Source: Candidatus Sericytochromatia bacterium (GTDB lineage: Bacteria > Cyanobacteriota > Sericytochromatia > UBA7694 > JACMQJ01). From it: DNA of 64,000 nucleotides. Made by a program: the position numbers and the translations under genes. The notes beneath the pieces are model-generated. The model worked only from the letters and a program-made list of their open reading frames with translations. It made no database searches and had not been told where the DNA came from. Below, one piece after another: positions 40,133-51,121 of the stretch. Position 1 is the first letter of the stretch. Every line of letters starts with the position of its first letter. The stretch is taken from NCBI GenBank assembly GCA_046328075.1, contig JAXLXG010000009.1, positions 59,613 to 123,612 of the forward strand, read 5' to 3'.

Positions 40133-43100
40133 ATGAGTATAAATGCTGAATTAAATAAAATAAGTAATAATCACTTTCAACAACAAATAGTACAACAAAT
40201 ACTATTAGAAAGTGGTGTTATTAAAGCAGAACATATTCAGAAAGCTTTAGAAGTACAAAAAAAACTAATAAAAGAAAAAAAAGAAAAACTTGGATTACTT
40301 GCATATATTATTGATCAAGAAAATTATTCACTTAATATTATTAATCCAATCTCAAATGAATCAATAAATCAAATTCAATTCCCTATAAGAAAAAAAAATG
40401 CTCCAGAATTTAATTCTACAGATTGGTTTCCTGTAGCTAATAATAGTGCTGTTATTTTTTCAACTGATGAATGCCAAGATATTGAAGAAATTACATGGGG
40501 TAGTAATGAAAAAATAGGCTTAACTGTTTCCAAGAATTTAACTTATCTTCAATCTAAAGGTACAGAAAAAAGTGTTTATTTCCCTGTTATGAATAAATTA
40601 TACTATGATTCTGCACCATCCAGCATAATTAACTCTTTACCTCTTGATATGTTTTTTACATCAAATCCCAAAAATATATATTTTACAGATAGAGGAGCTG
40701 GTATTTTATATATATTTGATACAGAATTAAATAAACTTTCAGGAGCTGCTCACTTAAGACCAGCAGGACATAGAAAATCATTAAATGTAAGCTCAACTCC
40801 TGATGGAAGAAAGATTTTTGTAACAGATAATGAAACACCTGCATTATTTATAATTGACTCAAAAAATTTGAAAATAAAAAAACAACCTTTAACTCATGGC
40901 AATCTAGGAAACTTAATTTCAGATGAGCAATGGATTTATATGATAATTGATAAACAAAATTCTTCTCCTGAGTTACTAGTTTTAGATACACATAATTTAA
41001 TAGTTAGAGCTACTATACAGTTAACAGGTGAATTATTTAGTAAATATGATGATCCTTATGATTTACTTACAATTTCTCCAAATAATAAATTTTTACTTGC
41101 AATGACTTTTGTTAATTATCCTTCAATGTTTACACCTGTTGTAAATGTCATTGATCTACAAAGCTTTCAACTAGTAGATCAAGTTTTCTTAAATGATAGA
41201 GGTAAACCTACATATATTTGTTTTGGAGAAGAAAAGCCTAATGAATTTAAAAACTCTGGTATTGGGATAATTGAAATATTAATAGAACTTGGGTATATTT
41301 CTCAAGATCATGTATTATCTGCAATAAAAAAATCAGAAGAAAAAAGAACACCAATTTATCAAAATAAGCAAGAAATAGAAGATGAATTAAAATTAGATTC
41401 TGAAAACGAAGAAGAAACTTTATCATTAATAGATGAAGATGTAGAAGAAGAAACTTTAACATCAGCTCAGAAATATCCTGTTCTAAATCAATTTGATTTA
41501 GACCCTTCTTTACTTTTGGCTTTTAAAGAAGAACAGATGAGATATTTCTCTTTTTTACCAATTAATAAAATTGATGGAAAGCTTAGTTTAGCTGTTGCAA
41601 ACCCTTCTCATAAACATACATTAAAACAGATAATAGAGCAAAAATTCCCTGATCTTGAAGTTGTAATAGTTGATTTTACTTTAAATGAATTTAATAGATT
41701 TATGAAAGAGTTCTATAGTGTAATTAAAGAAAAATATGATTCAATAATTGCAAAACAAATTGAGGCTCAACAAGCACAAACACAAGCACAACAAGAATTA
41801 AAAAATACTCCTCCTGTGAGTAAGCCAGAAAACCCTCAAGTTAAACAAATGAAAAAACCTCCTATACCTATTGTTGGTGGAGCAAATAGACCTAAAACAG
41901 AACTTCCTCCAAACTTAAGTGCTAATATCCCTTCTGATGTTAGAGTTGCTGTAAGAGAGAAATTAAAAACCCTTGATCCTGCTATGTTAGAAGAAGCAAT
42001 AATGGCAATTTGTCTTGAAGATTTTACAAGTATTTGGGGAATTGAAGTACCAAGAGAAAATTTAGAAAAACATAGAAAAGCAATCTCAAAAGCTAGAGAA
42101 GAAATACTAGATAAAGATTATGCTTTTATAAGTATTCCTGATTTGGTTGGTCAATTTTCTTTAGAAATAGTTATTAACCAAGAAAAACTAGTTGTGATGC
42201 TTAAAACATTGAGTGAAATTGCACAAAAACAACAAAGTACTCAAGGTTCTCAACCACAAGTTGTTGCAAGAAACTCTAATGACTCAAAAGGTAATGCTCC
42301 AACAGCATCTGAAGCAAAATGTCAAAAGTGTGGGGTTATTATTCCACCTGAACTTGATATTTGTTCTAAATGTTCAAGAGAAAGTGAACATTCAAATTCA
42401 AATGATGATGTAAGAGCACCTTCTTCTCCTAATCCTCTTGCAAATTTAGATTCAGGTCATATATTAATTCCTGATCTAAAAGGAAATAGAGTTATTGAAC
42501 TAAATTCAACAGGTCAAATTGTTTGGCAAGTTGGTGGAAAAGATAGAGCAGAAATAAATCCATTTAGTGCTGTAAGGCTTAGGAGTGGAACAACTCTAAT
42601 AACTGATTGTGATGCAGATAGAGTTATAGAGTATTCTAAAACAGGTCGTATTTATTGGGAACTTACCCATAGAGAAGGTTTTAGAGATATGTATTTAAGA
42701 AGACCTGTTCACGCAATAAGACTTCTAAATGGTAATACTTTAATAGTTGATCAAGGTAATCATAGGGTTTTTGAAATAAATCATATTGATAAAATTGTTT
42801 GGCAATATGGTATTACAGCTAATGTTGGATGTACAGATTATAGATTATATAATCCAAGTTATGCTCAAAGGTTAGCAAATGGAAATACTTTAATTACTGA
42901 CACTGATAATAATAGAGTCATAGAAATTGATGTTCATGATGAAGTTATCTGGCAATATGGAAATATGAGAAATAAGTTAGGTAGTGGACAAGGTTCTGGA
43001 AAAGATCAATTAAACTCACCTTCTTTTGCAATTAAGTTAGATAATAACAATATTTTAATTGTTGACTCAGGTAATAAAAGATTAATAGAAGTTAATCCAG

Positions 43101-44257
43101 ATAAGCAAGTTGTTTGGTTTTTTGCTACAAGTACTGCTCAAGGAAGCCCAATAGAAATTAATGCTCTTAAAGCATATCGTTTAAATAATGGTCATACTGT
43201 TATTATCAGTTCTGAACAGGTTATTGAAATTAACCCTGAAGGTCAAATGACATATATTAGACAAATAGAATACCTTCCTAAATCACCTAAATTTATAGAA
43301 AATCCTATATCTGAAGAAGAAGATAAGATAATAAATGATAGAATTGTAAAAAGAACAGAAGATAAAGCAAAACAAGCTGTTAGTAACTATGTAAGAAATA
43401 CAAGTAATTTAAGTGAAATAGAAATACCACTTATTGATAGAACAAATCATAAATTATTAGTTATCAATAGGTATAAAAATGCAATCTGGAAATTTGGTGA
43501 GTCTGAGGAAGAAAGCGAGCATTATATAGAAAGACCTCAATATATGGAATTAATAAAAGATGAATATGTTTTAGTTGCAGATACTGATAATCACAGAGTT
43601 ATGAAAATCTATAGACCAACTAAAGAAATAGTTTGGCAATATGGCATAAGTGGTGCAATGGGTAGTGGAAATAATCAACTTGGACATCCTAGATCTGCAA
43701 CTATAACACCTGATAACACAATTTTAATTACAGATCAATACAGTTCTAGAGTTTTAGAAGTTAATATGCAAAAAGAAGTAGTCTGGATTTGTGGAGGTTG
43801 GGAAAGTGGTAATAATCTTATAAACGCTCCATACTATGCTGAAAGATTAAAAAATAATAATACACTTATTACAGATTGGAGTAACCATATTGTTATAGAG
43901 ATTGATAAACAAGGAAATATCATCTGGCAATATGGAACGGTTAAAACAGGTGGTAATGGTTATAATCAGTTAATGTATCCAGAAAAAGCCATAAGAACAG
44001 AAGATGGAAATACAATAATAGTCGATACAAGAAATAATCGTATTTTAGAAGTCAATGATGCAAATAGAGTTGTATGGGAATTTATGAATTATAGAGTTGG
44101 AAATGCTTCAAAACAACTAAGTGCTCCTACAAATGTTTATAGGTTAGAAAATGGTCATACAGTTATTATTCATAATTCTAATAAACATATAATAGAAATA
44201 AACAAAAATTCAGAAGTTGTCTGGCAATATCAAGCTCCAATTGAGAAGAAAATTTAA
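40133..44257 (+). CDS. Large multidomain protein: N-terminal MshEN-like motif, YVTN-type beta-propeller, GspE-N (T2SSE_N/MshEN) domain, zinc ribbon, and two NHL-repeat beta-propellers
   Basis: Motifs ILLESGVIKAEHIQKALEVQ and GIGIIEILIELGYISQDHVLSAIKK fit the LLxxGxIxxxxLxxALxxQ c-di-GMP-binding pattern. LLLAFKEEQMRYFSFLPINKIDGKLSLAVANPSH is the GspE-N core. A CxxC..CxxC ribbon follows. About 12 NHL-like blades are present (DxxNHRVIEIN). Confidence 0.7.
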   Translation: MSINAELNKISNNHFQQQIVQQILLESGVIKAEHIQKALEVQKKLIKEKKEKLGLLAYIIDQENYSLNIINPISNESINQIQFPIRKKNAPEFNSTDWFPVANNSAVIFSTDECQDIEEITWGSNEKIGLTVSKNLTYLQSKGTEKSVYFPVMNKLYYDSAPSSIINSLPLDMFFTSNPKNIYFTDRGAGILYIFDTELNKLSGAAHLRPAGHRKSLNVSSTPDGRKIFVTDNETPALFIIDSKNLKIKKQPLTHGNLGNLISDEQWIYMIIDKQNSSPELLVLDTHNLIVRATIQLTGELFSKYDDPYDLLTISPNNKFLLAMTFVNYPSMFTPVVNVIDLQSFQLVDQVFLNDRGKPTYICFGEEKPNEFKNSGIGIIEILIELGYISQDHVLSAIKKSEEKRTPIYQNKQEIEDELKLDSENEEETLSLIDEDVEEETLTSAQKYPVLNQFDLDPSLLLAFKEEQMRYFSFLPINKIDGKLSLAVANPSHKHTLKQIIEQKFPDLEVVIVDFTLNEFNRFMKEFYSVIKEKYDSIIAKQIEAQQAQTQAQQELKNTPPVSKPENPQVKQMKKPPIPIVGGANRPKTELPPNLSANIPSDVRVAVREKLKTLDPAMLEEAIMAICLEDFTSIWGIEVPRENLEKHRKAISKAREEILDKDYAFISIPDLVGQFSLEIVINQEKLVVMLKTLSEIAQKQQSTQGSQPQVVARNSNDSKGNAPTASEAKCQKCGVIIPPELDICSKCSRESEHSNSNDDVRAPSSPNPLANLDSGHILIPDLKGNRVIELNSTGQIVWQVGGKDRAEINPFSAVRLRSGTTLITDCDADRVIEYSKTGRIYWELTHREGFRDMYLRRPVHAIRLLNGNTLIVDQGNHRVFEINHIDKIVWQYGITANVGCTDYRLYNPSYAQRLANGNTLITDTDNNRVIEIDVHDEVIWQYGNMRNKLGSGQGSGKDQLNSPSFAIKLDNNNILIVDSGNKRLIEVNPDKQVVWFFATSTAQGSPIEINALKAYRLNNGHTVIISSEQVIEINPEGQMTYIRQIEYLPKSPKFIENPISEEEDKIINDRIVKRTEDKAKQAVSNYVRNTSNLSEIEIPLIDRTNHKLLVINRYKNAIWKFGESEEESEHYIERPQYMELIKDEYVLVADTDNHRVMKIYRPTKEIVWQYGISGAMGSGNNQLGHPRSATITPDNTILITDQYSSRVLEVNMQKEVVWICGGWESGNNLINAPYYAERLKNNNTLITDWSNHIVIEIDKQGNIIWQYGTVKTGGNGYNQLMYPEKAIRTEDGNTIIVDTRNNRILEVNDANRVVWEFMNYRVGNASKQLSAPTNVYRLENGHTVIIHNSNKHIIEINKNSEVVWQYQAPIEKKI

Positions 44258-44450
44258 TAAATTTCTACATTTTAATAACTGTTAATTTAACTTTAAGTTA
44301 AAAATTTAAAATTATCTTGTATATTAGCATTTAATAAACTAATATTAAGATAGAGGATAAGTTTATAAAGGCTAAAAATTTAATGATAAGAAAATCATTC
44401 TTATATAATTGAAAAAAATACCCTGTCGATTCGTTCCTTTCATTACATTG

Positions 44451-44481
44451 CTCTCACCTGATAAATTCGGTGAGAGTTTTT
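44451..44481 (+). terminator. Rho-independent terminator candidate downstream of the 40133-44257 gene
   Basis: Stem CTCTCACC / GGTGAGAG with a 10-nt loop, followed by TTTTT. Confidence 0.5.
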
Positions 44482-44542
44482 ACTTTAGTTCTTTTTTTTC
44501 AATACAAGCAGGAGCATAACCATTATCACAAGCTTTTTTTAA

Positions 44543-46399
44543 TTAGCTCAGTGCTTCTTTAACCTTTTTTTGTGTTCTATAAATAATTGAAAGATTATAA
44601 TAAGCTGTACCAGATTTTGGATCAAGTTTTATAGCTTGATTGTATGAGTTAATAGCTTCACTTAAATTTCCTTGCTTTTGATATGCTGAACCTAAACTGT
44701 TATAAGCTCTAGAATATTTAGGATTTAATTTAATAGATTGTTTTATATTATTTATAGCTTCATTAAGATTATTTTTTTCAATATAAAGATTCCCTAAGTT
44801 TAAGTAGGCTTCTGGATATTTTTCATTTAGTTTTATCGCTTGTTTATATGAACTAATTGCTTCATCTAATTTACCTAACTTTTTATAGGAAATACCAAGA
44901 TTATAATAAGCTTCAGCAAAATCAGGCTTTAATTTAATTGATTCTTTAAGTGCATCTATTGATTGTTCTAAATTATCATTTAGTTTATAAACTGTACCAA
45001 GATAATAATGTGTTTGGTAATTATCAGGTTTTAACTTTATTGACTCTTTATATTCTCCTATTGCTTTTTCAAGTTCACCTTGTTCTGTATAAATAACACC
45101 TAAATCAACATGACTTTCATAGTTATTAGGGTTTATTTTAATAGACTCAGAGAACATTTCAGCAGATTCTTTAAGCATATCCTTATATTTATAAGCCATA
45201 CCAAGTCCTGAATATACAGCCCAGAGGTTTTTATTTGATTTTATAATTTCACTATATTTACTTATACTTTCATCTAATCGCCCTGTATTTAAATAAATAT
45301 TTGCAAGTCCAAAATTAGCTTGTGTATTATCAGAACTTAATTTTAAGGCTTCATTATATGAATTTACTGCTTCATCTATACTTGAATGAAATCTATAATA
45401 ATCACCTTCTTCACTATGTAATAATGATAAAAAAAGATTTTGATTTAAAGCATCATTTAACTCTTTAAAGTAATTATCTTTTCCTTTAATAAGCCAAGAA
45501 ATGTATAATGACTCTGCATCATACTTATTATATGATAATGCTTTAATAATATTTTGTTTAGCATCATTACTATTATTTTTAAAAAAAGAAATTAAAGCTT
45601 TTATCTTATATAAATCTTTATACTCTTTAAATTTTAAACTATTTAGTGTTTGTTCAAATATATTTTCTGCTTGTAAAACTATGTTTGTATTATTTTGTTT
45701 TAATTGAGAATCAAGTAAAGCTGACATTAATAATGTCTTTACCTTTAATAAATTAGCTAATTGAAATTTATTATCTTCATTAAATGCCTTACTAAATAAT
45801 ATAAAAGCTTGTTCATAACCACTATAAGAATGTTTTTCAAGATAATCAATTCCATCTATATAATAGCTTAAAGCTTTTAAATTTTTTGTTTGATTAATAT
45901 AGTTGTATATTCTATTCTTTTGTAAGTCGCTTAATTTAATATTTTGGGCTTTAAATATCTCATTTATTGTCTTTATTTGTAAATCACTTATATTATCTGA
46001 ACTAACCTTAAAAGGCTTAATTAGTTTACTATTAGTATTAATAATATTTCCTTGTAATATGTAATTATTATTATTTATCTCTAAATTTGTCGGAATTATA
46101 TAATTTGCATTAAAATATTTAGCAACTTTAATAGAATTATTTATATCAAGATTATTAGGTTTAAAGTTTAGATTATTCATTACTTTTGTAGATTGATTAT
46201 TTTCTATCATAGAAAAAATTGAAGTTTCATTTATAGCATCTGAAATATTTTCACTAATCATTTTCCCTAAGTTTTTATATTCCTGTTTAATAGATAAAAC
46301 TTCAGAAGGTGGAATAAGCATTTTTGTTTCTGCATAAGATACATTTATAAATGAAAGGGTCAATGAGCTTATAATAAATTTATTTATAACTTTTTTCAT
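44543..46399 (-). CDS. Secreted TPR-repeat protein (618 aa)
   Basis: Signal peptide, then more than 10 tandem TPR units (AEAYYNLGISYKKLGKLDEAISSYKQAIKLNP-type). Confidence 0.85.
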   Translation of the reverse strand: MKKVINKFIISSLTLSFINVSYAETKMLIPPSEVLSIKQEYKNLGKMISENISDAINETSIFSMIENNQSTKVMNNLNFKPNNLDINNSIKVAKYFNANYIIPTNLEINNNNYILQGNIINTNSKLIKPFKVSSDNISDLQIKTINEIFKAQNIKLSDLQKNRIYNYINQTKNLKALSYYIDGIDYLEKHSYSGYEQAFILFSKAFNEDNKFQLANLLKVKTLLMSALLDSQLKQNNTNIVLQAENIFEQTLNSLKFKEYKDLYKIKALISFFKNNSNDAKQNIIKALSYNKYDAESLYISWLIKGKDNYFKELNDALNQNLFLSLLHSEEGDYYRFHSSIDEAVNSYNEALKLSSDNTQANFGLANIYLNTGRLDESISKYSEIIKSNKNLWAVYSGLGMAYKYKDMLKESAEMFSESIKINPNNYESHVDLGVIYTEQGELEKAIGEYKESIKLKPDNYQTHYYLGTVYKLNDNLEQSIDALKESIKLKPDFAEAYYNLGISYKKLGKLDEAISSYKQAIKLNEKYPEAYLNLGNLYIEKNNLNEAINNIKQSIKLNPKYSRAYNSLGSAYQKQGNLSEAINSYNQAIKLDPKSGTAYYNLSIIYRTQKKVKEALS

Positions 46400-46643
46400 T
46401 CAATCTCCAAAATACCTTAAACTTAAATAATTTGACTAATTTTAATTCTTTAAAAAGTAAAAACATATCAAAAATACTTTCAATTATAAAACATATAGAA
46501 TAGTCTTATTCTCAAAACTAATCAAGACAAATAATAAACTTGTAATATTAAAATATAATAGCTATTGACTATAAAAAATGGGAATATAATTTAGACATTA
46601 TAGTTTTTAAAATTAGAGTTTTTGAGGCTTTTAAGGCGAAATT

Positions 46644-47024
46644 ATGAAAAAAGATATTGAAAATATAGAAGATATAAAAAAACTAGTTAATAACTTTTAT
46701 ATTAAAGTTGTTCCAGATGAAGTAATCGGATGGATTTTTGAAGATGTTATGCAAACTGATTGGACTTATCATTTACCTAAAATGTATGATTTTTGGGAAT
46801 CTGTAATTTTTGGAACAGTTTTTGATGGAAATCCCATACAAAGACATATTGAAGTAAATCAAGAGGTTAAGTTATTACCTGATCATTTTCAACAATGGGA
46901 ATTATTATTTATAGAAACTGTGGATGAATATTTTATAGGTGAAAAAGCAGAGTTAGCAAAATCTAGAGCAAAAAGCATTTCTAAAATAATTCAAAATAAA
47001 ATAAGTTTTTATCAAAGATTTTAA
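46644..47024 (+). CDS. Truncated hemoglobin (bacterial globin family)
   Basis: 126 aa. Pattern FY.KV..D.....F......W..H...M..FW......F.GNP...H matches the trHb fold. Confidence 0.65.
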   Translation: MKKDIENIEDIKKLVNNFYIKVVPDEVIGWIFEDVMQTDWTYHLPKMYDFWESVIFGTVFDGNPIQRHIEVNQEVKLLPDHFQQWELLFIETVDEYFIGEKAELAKSRAKSISKIIQNKISFYQRF

Positions 47025-47028
47025 ATTA

Positions 47029-47072
47029 ATTATTACAAAAAAGTTTATAAGAAAACTTTTTTGTAATAATTA
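47029..47072 (+). terminator. Long perfect hairpin (17-bp stem) immediately after the globin stop, a likely terminator
   Basis: TTATTACAAAAAAGTTT-ataagaa-AAACTTTTTTGTAATAA followed by T/A-rich sequence. Confidence 0.45.
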
Positions 47073-47398
47073 ATTTATAGAAAAGAATTAGATAATATTT
47101 ATAATAAATATTTTACTAATTTAGTATTGAACGTGCTTTTATAATAATTATTTTTCAATAAAATTAGTTTAAGATACTTAATATTATTAAATTGTGTGAT
47201 AAAATTCTAGTATATTTATTAAGAACTTATAAGGTAGGCTAATCTATCATTAAGAATTATAGATTAAAGTTTATATAGTATTCAAGGGAACAGTAATTAT
47301 GATGATAGAAAGACTTTTTAGTTTTAAAAATTAATATTATCTTTCCCAAATTGTCCGTTTTGTGTTTATTTTTTATTTCACAGTTAGGAGTAATTAAA

Positions 47399-49417
47399 TT
47401 GAGAAGTGGTAGTGAATTAATAGCTAAGATTAGCGAACTTCAAGATAGAAAAAAATATCAGGAGTTGAATTGGCAAGGTTCTTTTGAAGAGTATCTTGAT
47501 ATTGTTGCAAATAATCCAAAAGTAGCCAGAAATGCTTATCAGAGAATGTATGATATGATTGTTTCTTATGGTTCTCATGATTTCAATGAATACAAAAAAA
47601 GAATTACAAGATATGATTTTTTTAGTGACCCATTTGAAAATGGTAAAGATTCAGTTTTTGGTATTGATATTCACTTAATGAAACTTGTAAGAGTATTTAA
47701 AGCTGCTGCTATGGGTTATGGAACAGAAAAAAGAATTATTTTACTTCATGGCCCTGTTGGTAGTGCTAAAAGTACAATCGCAAGATTACTTAAAAAAGGT
47801 CTTGTAAACTACTCAAAAATCCCTGAAGGAGCTTTATATACCTTCTCATGGATTCTTACAAATGAAGATGGGAAAGAAGAAGTTTTTGATTCACCAATGA
47901 ATGAAGATCCATTATGTTTAATTCCTTTAGAGTTAAGAGATCAAGTATTTGGAGATATTAACTCTAATTTACCTGAAGATATGAAATATAAAGTAAAGGT
48001 TCATGCTGAGTTATGCCCTGCTTCAAGATATATCTATAATGACTTAATGAAAAAATATGATGGTGATTGGTCAAAAGTTGTAAGCCATGTAAGAGTTAAG
48101 CGTTTAATTCTTTCTGAAGAAGATAGAGTTGGTATTGGTACTTTCCAACCTAAAGATGAAAAGAATCAAGACTCAACTGAATTAACAGGTGATATAAACT
48201 ATAGAAAAATTGCTGAATATGGTTCAGACTCAGATCCTAGAGCATTCAATTTTGATGGTGAATTTAATATTGCTAATCGTGGTTTAATTGAGTTTATAGA
48301 AATTCTAAAACTTGATGTAGCATTCTTATATGATTTACTTGGTGCTTCTCAAGAAAGAAAAATTAAACCTAAAAAGTTTGCTCAAACTGATATTGATGAA
48401 GTAATTATAGGTCATACAAATGAACCAGAGTATAGAAAGCTTCAAAATAATGAATTTATGGAAGCTTTAAGAGATAGAACAATTAAAATTGATGTCCCTT
48501 ATATTACTAAACTTAAAGACGAGATTAGAATTTATGAAAGAGATTTTAATTCTGAAAGAATTAGAAAGAAAAATATCGCACCTCATACAATAGAAGTTGC
48601 AGCAATGTGGGCTATTCTAACAAGATTAGAACAACCTAAAAAAGCAAATCTAACACTTTTACAAAAAATGAAACTATATAACGGTCAAAGTGTTACAGGT
48701 TTTACAGAAGATAATGTAAAAGAATTACGTAAAGAATCTATTAGAGAAGGTTTACAAGGTATATCACCAAGATATATTCAAGATAAAATTTCTAATTCTT
48801 TAGTAAGCGATCTTGAGGAAGATTATATTAATCCATTTATGGTAATGAGTGAACTTGAAAGTGGTTTAAAAAATCATTCTTTAATTAGTAATGAAGATGA
48901 GAAAGCTAGATATAAAGAACTTCTAGCTGTAGTAAGAGAAGAATATGAAAATATAATTAAAAGCGAAGTTCAAAGAGCAATATCTGCTGATGAAGATGGT
49001 ATTTCTCAACTTTGTTCAAATTATATTGATAATGTTAAAGCTTATACTCTTAAAGAGAAAATTAGAAATAAATATACTGGTCGTGATGAAGAACCAGATG
49101 AAAGATTAATGCGTTCTATCGAAGAAAAAATTGATATACCAGATAATCGTAAAGATGATTTTAGAAGAGAAATAATGAACTATATTGGTGCTTTAGCAGT
49201 AGATGGTAAAACATTTACATATTCTACCAATGCAAGACTTCAAAAAGCTCTTGAACTAAAATTATTTGAAGATAGAAAAGACAGTATCAAGCTTACAAGT
49301 CTTGTTTCTAATGCAATGGATGAAAGAACACAAGAACAAATTGATATTGTTAAAAATCGTCTTATCAAAAATTATGGTTATGCAAATGGTTCAGCTACAG
49401 ATATTTTAAGTATGTAG
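47399..49417 (+). CDS. prkA: PrkA-family serine protein kinase (AAA+ plus kinase domains)
   Basis: Full-length similarity to PrkA/YeaG ([10 protein letters not shown] Walker A). The probable start is TTG 47399, preceded by AGGAG with an 8-nt spacer. The track ORF starts further upstream at 47351 in a stretch lacking a ribosome-binding site. Confidence 0.9.
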   Translation: MRSGSELIAKISELQDRKKYQELNWQGSFEEYLDIVANNPKVARNAYQRMYDMIVSYGSHDFNEYKKRITRYDFFSDPFENGKDSVFGIDIHLMKLVRVFKAAAMGYGTEKRIILLHGPVGSAKSTIARLLKKGLVNYSKIPEGALYTFSWILTNEDGKEEVFDSPMNEDPLCLIPLELRDQVFGDINSNLPEDMKYKVKVHAELCPASRYIYNDLMKKYDGDWSKVVSHVRVKRLILSEEDRVGIGTFQPKDEKNQDSTELTGDINYRKIAEYGSDSDPRAFNFDGEFNIANRGLIEFIEILKLDVAFLYDLLGASQERKIKPKKFAQTDIDEVIIGHTNEPEYRKLQNNEFMEALRDRTIKIDVPYITKLKDEIRIYERDFNSERIRKKNIAPHTIEVAAMWAILTRLEQPKKANLTLLQKMKLYNGQSVTGFTEDNVKELRKESIREGLQGISPRYIQDKISNSLVSDLEEDYINPFMVMSELESGLKNHSLISNEDEKARYKELLAVVREEYENIIKSEVQRAISADEDGISQLCSNYIDNVKAYTLKEKIRNKYTGRDEEPDERLMRSIEEKIDIPDNRKDDFRREIMNYIGALAVDGKTFTYSTNARLQKALELKLFEDRKDSIKLTSLVSNAMDERTQEQIDIVKNRLIKNYGYANGSATDILSM

Positions 49418-49571
49418 CTAGTATATTACCAGAGGAGATGCAAAATAGGAATGTAATATATTACGTCTGTATATTTTTTATATGGGCGTAATTATTTATA
49501 TCTATATAATGATTTTAAGGATATAGTTTATATATCCAAATAAAAAAATTAATCATTGGTAAAAATAAATA

Positions 49572-50678
49572 ATGGTAGAAAGAATAGAAAAAGACCTTTC
49601 AAGGTTTAAAAATATAGTAAAAGGAAAAATTAGACAAAATCTAAAGAAATATATGTCTACAGGTGAAATGATAGGCAAAAAAGGTAAAGATTTTGTTAGT
49701 ATTCCAGTCCCTCAAATAGAAATACCACATTTTAAATTTGATGAAGAAAAAAATGGTGGGGTTGGTCAAGGTGATGGAGAAGAAGGAGATCCTGTAAATG
49801 GAGACCCAAATGGAGAAGGTAAAGGTCAAGGTGGTCAAGGAGAAGGTCAACATTCAAGAGAAGTAGAACTTTCAATTGAAGAACTTGCTGAAATAATGGG
49901 TCAAGAACTTGAGTTACCTGCGATTAAACCAAAAGGGAAAGAAAGTGTAACAACAGAAAAAACTAAATATTCTGGAATAAGTAATGTAGGTCCGAACTCA
50001 CTTAGACACTTTAAACGTACATATAAAGAAGCATTAAAAAGACAAATTGCAACAGGTATTTATAATAGTAAAAACCCTGTTATTATTCCTATAAAAAATG
50101 ATACAAGATACAGATCATGGAAAGAAGTAGTAAAACCTGAAACGAATGCTGTTGTTATATTTATGATGGATGTTTCAGGTTCTATGGAAGAAGAACAAAA
50201 AGAAATTGTAAGAATAGAAACGTTTTGGATAGATACTTGGTTACGTTCTCACTATAAAGATTTGAAAACAAGATATATAGTTCATGATACTGTAGCAAAA
50301 GAAGTTGATCGAGATACATTCTTTTCACTAAAAGAAAGTGGTGGAACAATAATTTCTTCAGCATATAAACTTTGTAGCAGTTTAATTCAAAATGAATATA
50401 ATCCTGAAGAATGGAATATTTATCCTTTTCACTTTTCAGATGGTGATAATTGGTCAGATAAAGACAATGTAGAATGTATGAATATTCTAAAAAGTGAACT
50501 TTTACCTCATGTAAATATGTTCTGTTATGGTCAAGTTGAAAGCCGTTATGGCAGTGGTAAATTTATAAAAGAATTAGATAGAAACTTTAAAGAAGAAGAT
50601 AATATAATTCTTTCTGAAATTGAAAATAAAGAAGCTATAATGCAATCAATAAAAACATTTTTAGGAAAAGGTAAATAA
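49572..50678 (+). CDS. yeaH: YeaH/YhbH family protein (DUF444, vWA-like)
   Basis: Gly/acidic-rich N-terminus; the C-terminal vWA-like region has MIDAS motif DVSGSM. It is the canonical partner of PrkA. Confidence 0.9.
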   Translation: MVERIEKDLSRFKNIVKGKIRQNLKKYMSTGEMIGKKGKDFVSIPVPQIEIPHFKFDEEKNGGVGQGDGEEGDPVNGDPNGEGKGQGGQGEGQHSREVELSIEELAEIMGQELELPAIKPKGKESVTTEKTKYSGISNVGPNSLRHFKRTYKEALKRQIATGIYNSKNPVIIPIKNDTRYRSWKEVVKPETNAVVIFMMDVSGSMEEEQKEIVRIETFWIDTWLRSHYKDLKTRYIVHDTVAKEVDRDTFFSLKESGGTIISSAYKLCSSLIQNEYNPEEWNIYPFHFSDGDNWSDKDNVECMNILKSELLPHVNMFCYGQVESRYGSGKFIKELDRNFKEEDNIILSEIENKEAIMQSIKTFLGKGK

Positions 50679-50679
50679 A

Positions 50680-50865
50680 ATGGATAATGATAGCTCATTA
50701 ATTGTTTCTGAAGAAGATAGAAAATTTATTAATGCTAGAGGTGATATACCAAAATATGAGTTTACTTATGGAGAATATGGTGCTTTACTTGGTTTAATCA
50801 TGCTAATAATAGTGGCTTTTAGGGAAACATTTAAACTTTTGAGTAAAAAAGATAATGTTAAATGA
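50680..50865 (+). CDS. Small single-TM protein (61 aa), start coupled to the yeaH stop
   Basis: TAAaATG overlap-type coupling with yeaH; hydrophobic helix GALLGLIMLIIVAF. Confidence 0.4.
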   Translation: MDNDSSLIVSEEDRKFINARGDIPKYEFTYGEYGALLGLIMLIIVAFRETFKLLSKKDNVK

Positions 50866-50987
50866 AGATAAATTATTAGAAAATAATGATGATTCTAAAA
50901 AGTTTAAATATGCTATTATTTTTGAACTCTTATTAAGAGGGGCTGAAATAGTATTTAATATATTAATTTCAATTTTTTAGTTGTTAT

Positions 50988-51113
50988 ATGAAAAGAAAAA
51001 AAGCTTTATTAGAAACTGAGCCAGATGAAGAAAGAAGAGATGGTAAAAGAATCTATTGGTCATTAATTATAATACCAGAGATTATTAGTTTAATTTGGGG
51101 CTTATTTAAATAG
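50988..51113 (+). CDS. Small ORF (41 aa) with a C-terminal hydrophobic helix
   Basis: MKRKKALLETEPDEERRDGKRIYWSLIIIPEIISLIWGLFK. Not in the supplied track; read directly. An alternative overlapping 41-codon ORF exists at 50855-50980. Confidence 0.3.
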   Translation: MKRKKALLETEPDEERRDGKRIYWSLIIIPEIISLIWGLFK

Positions 51114-51121
51114 GAGAATTT

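Noticed and set aside
47100-47398. Sigma-54 (-24/-12) promoter upstream of prkA, as is known for E. coli yeaG
   Set aside because: No convincing TGGCAC-N5-TTGC element can be seen by eye in the 374-bp leader. It cannot be asserted without a matrix scan.
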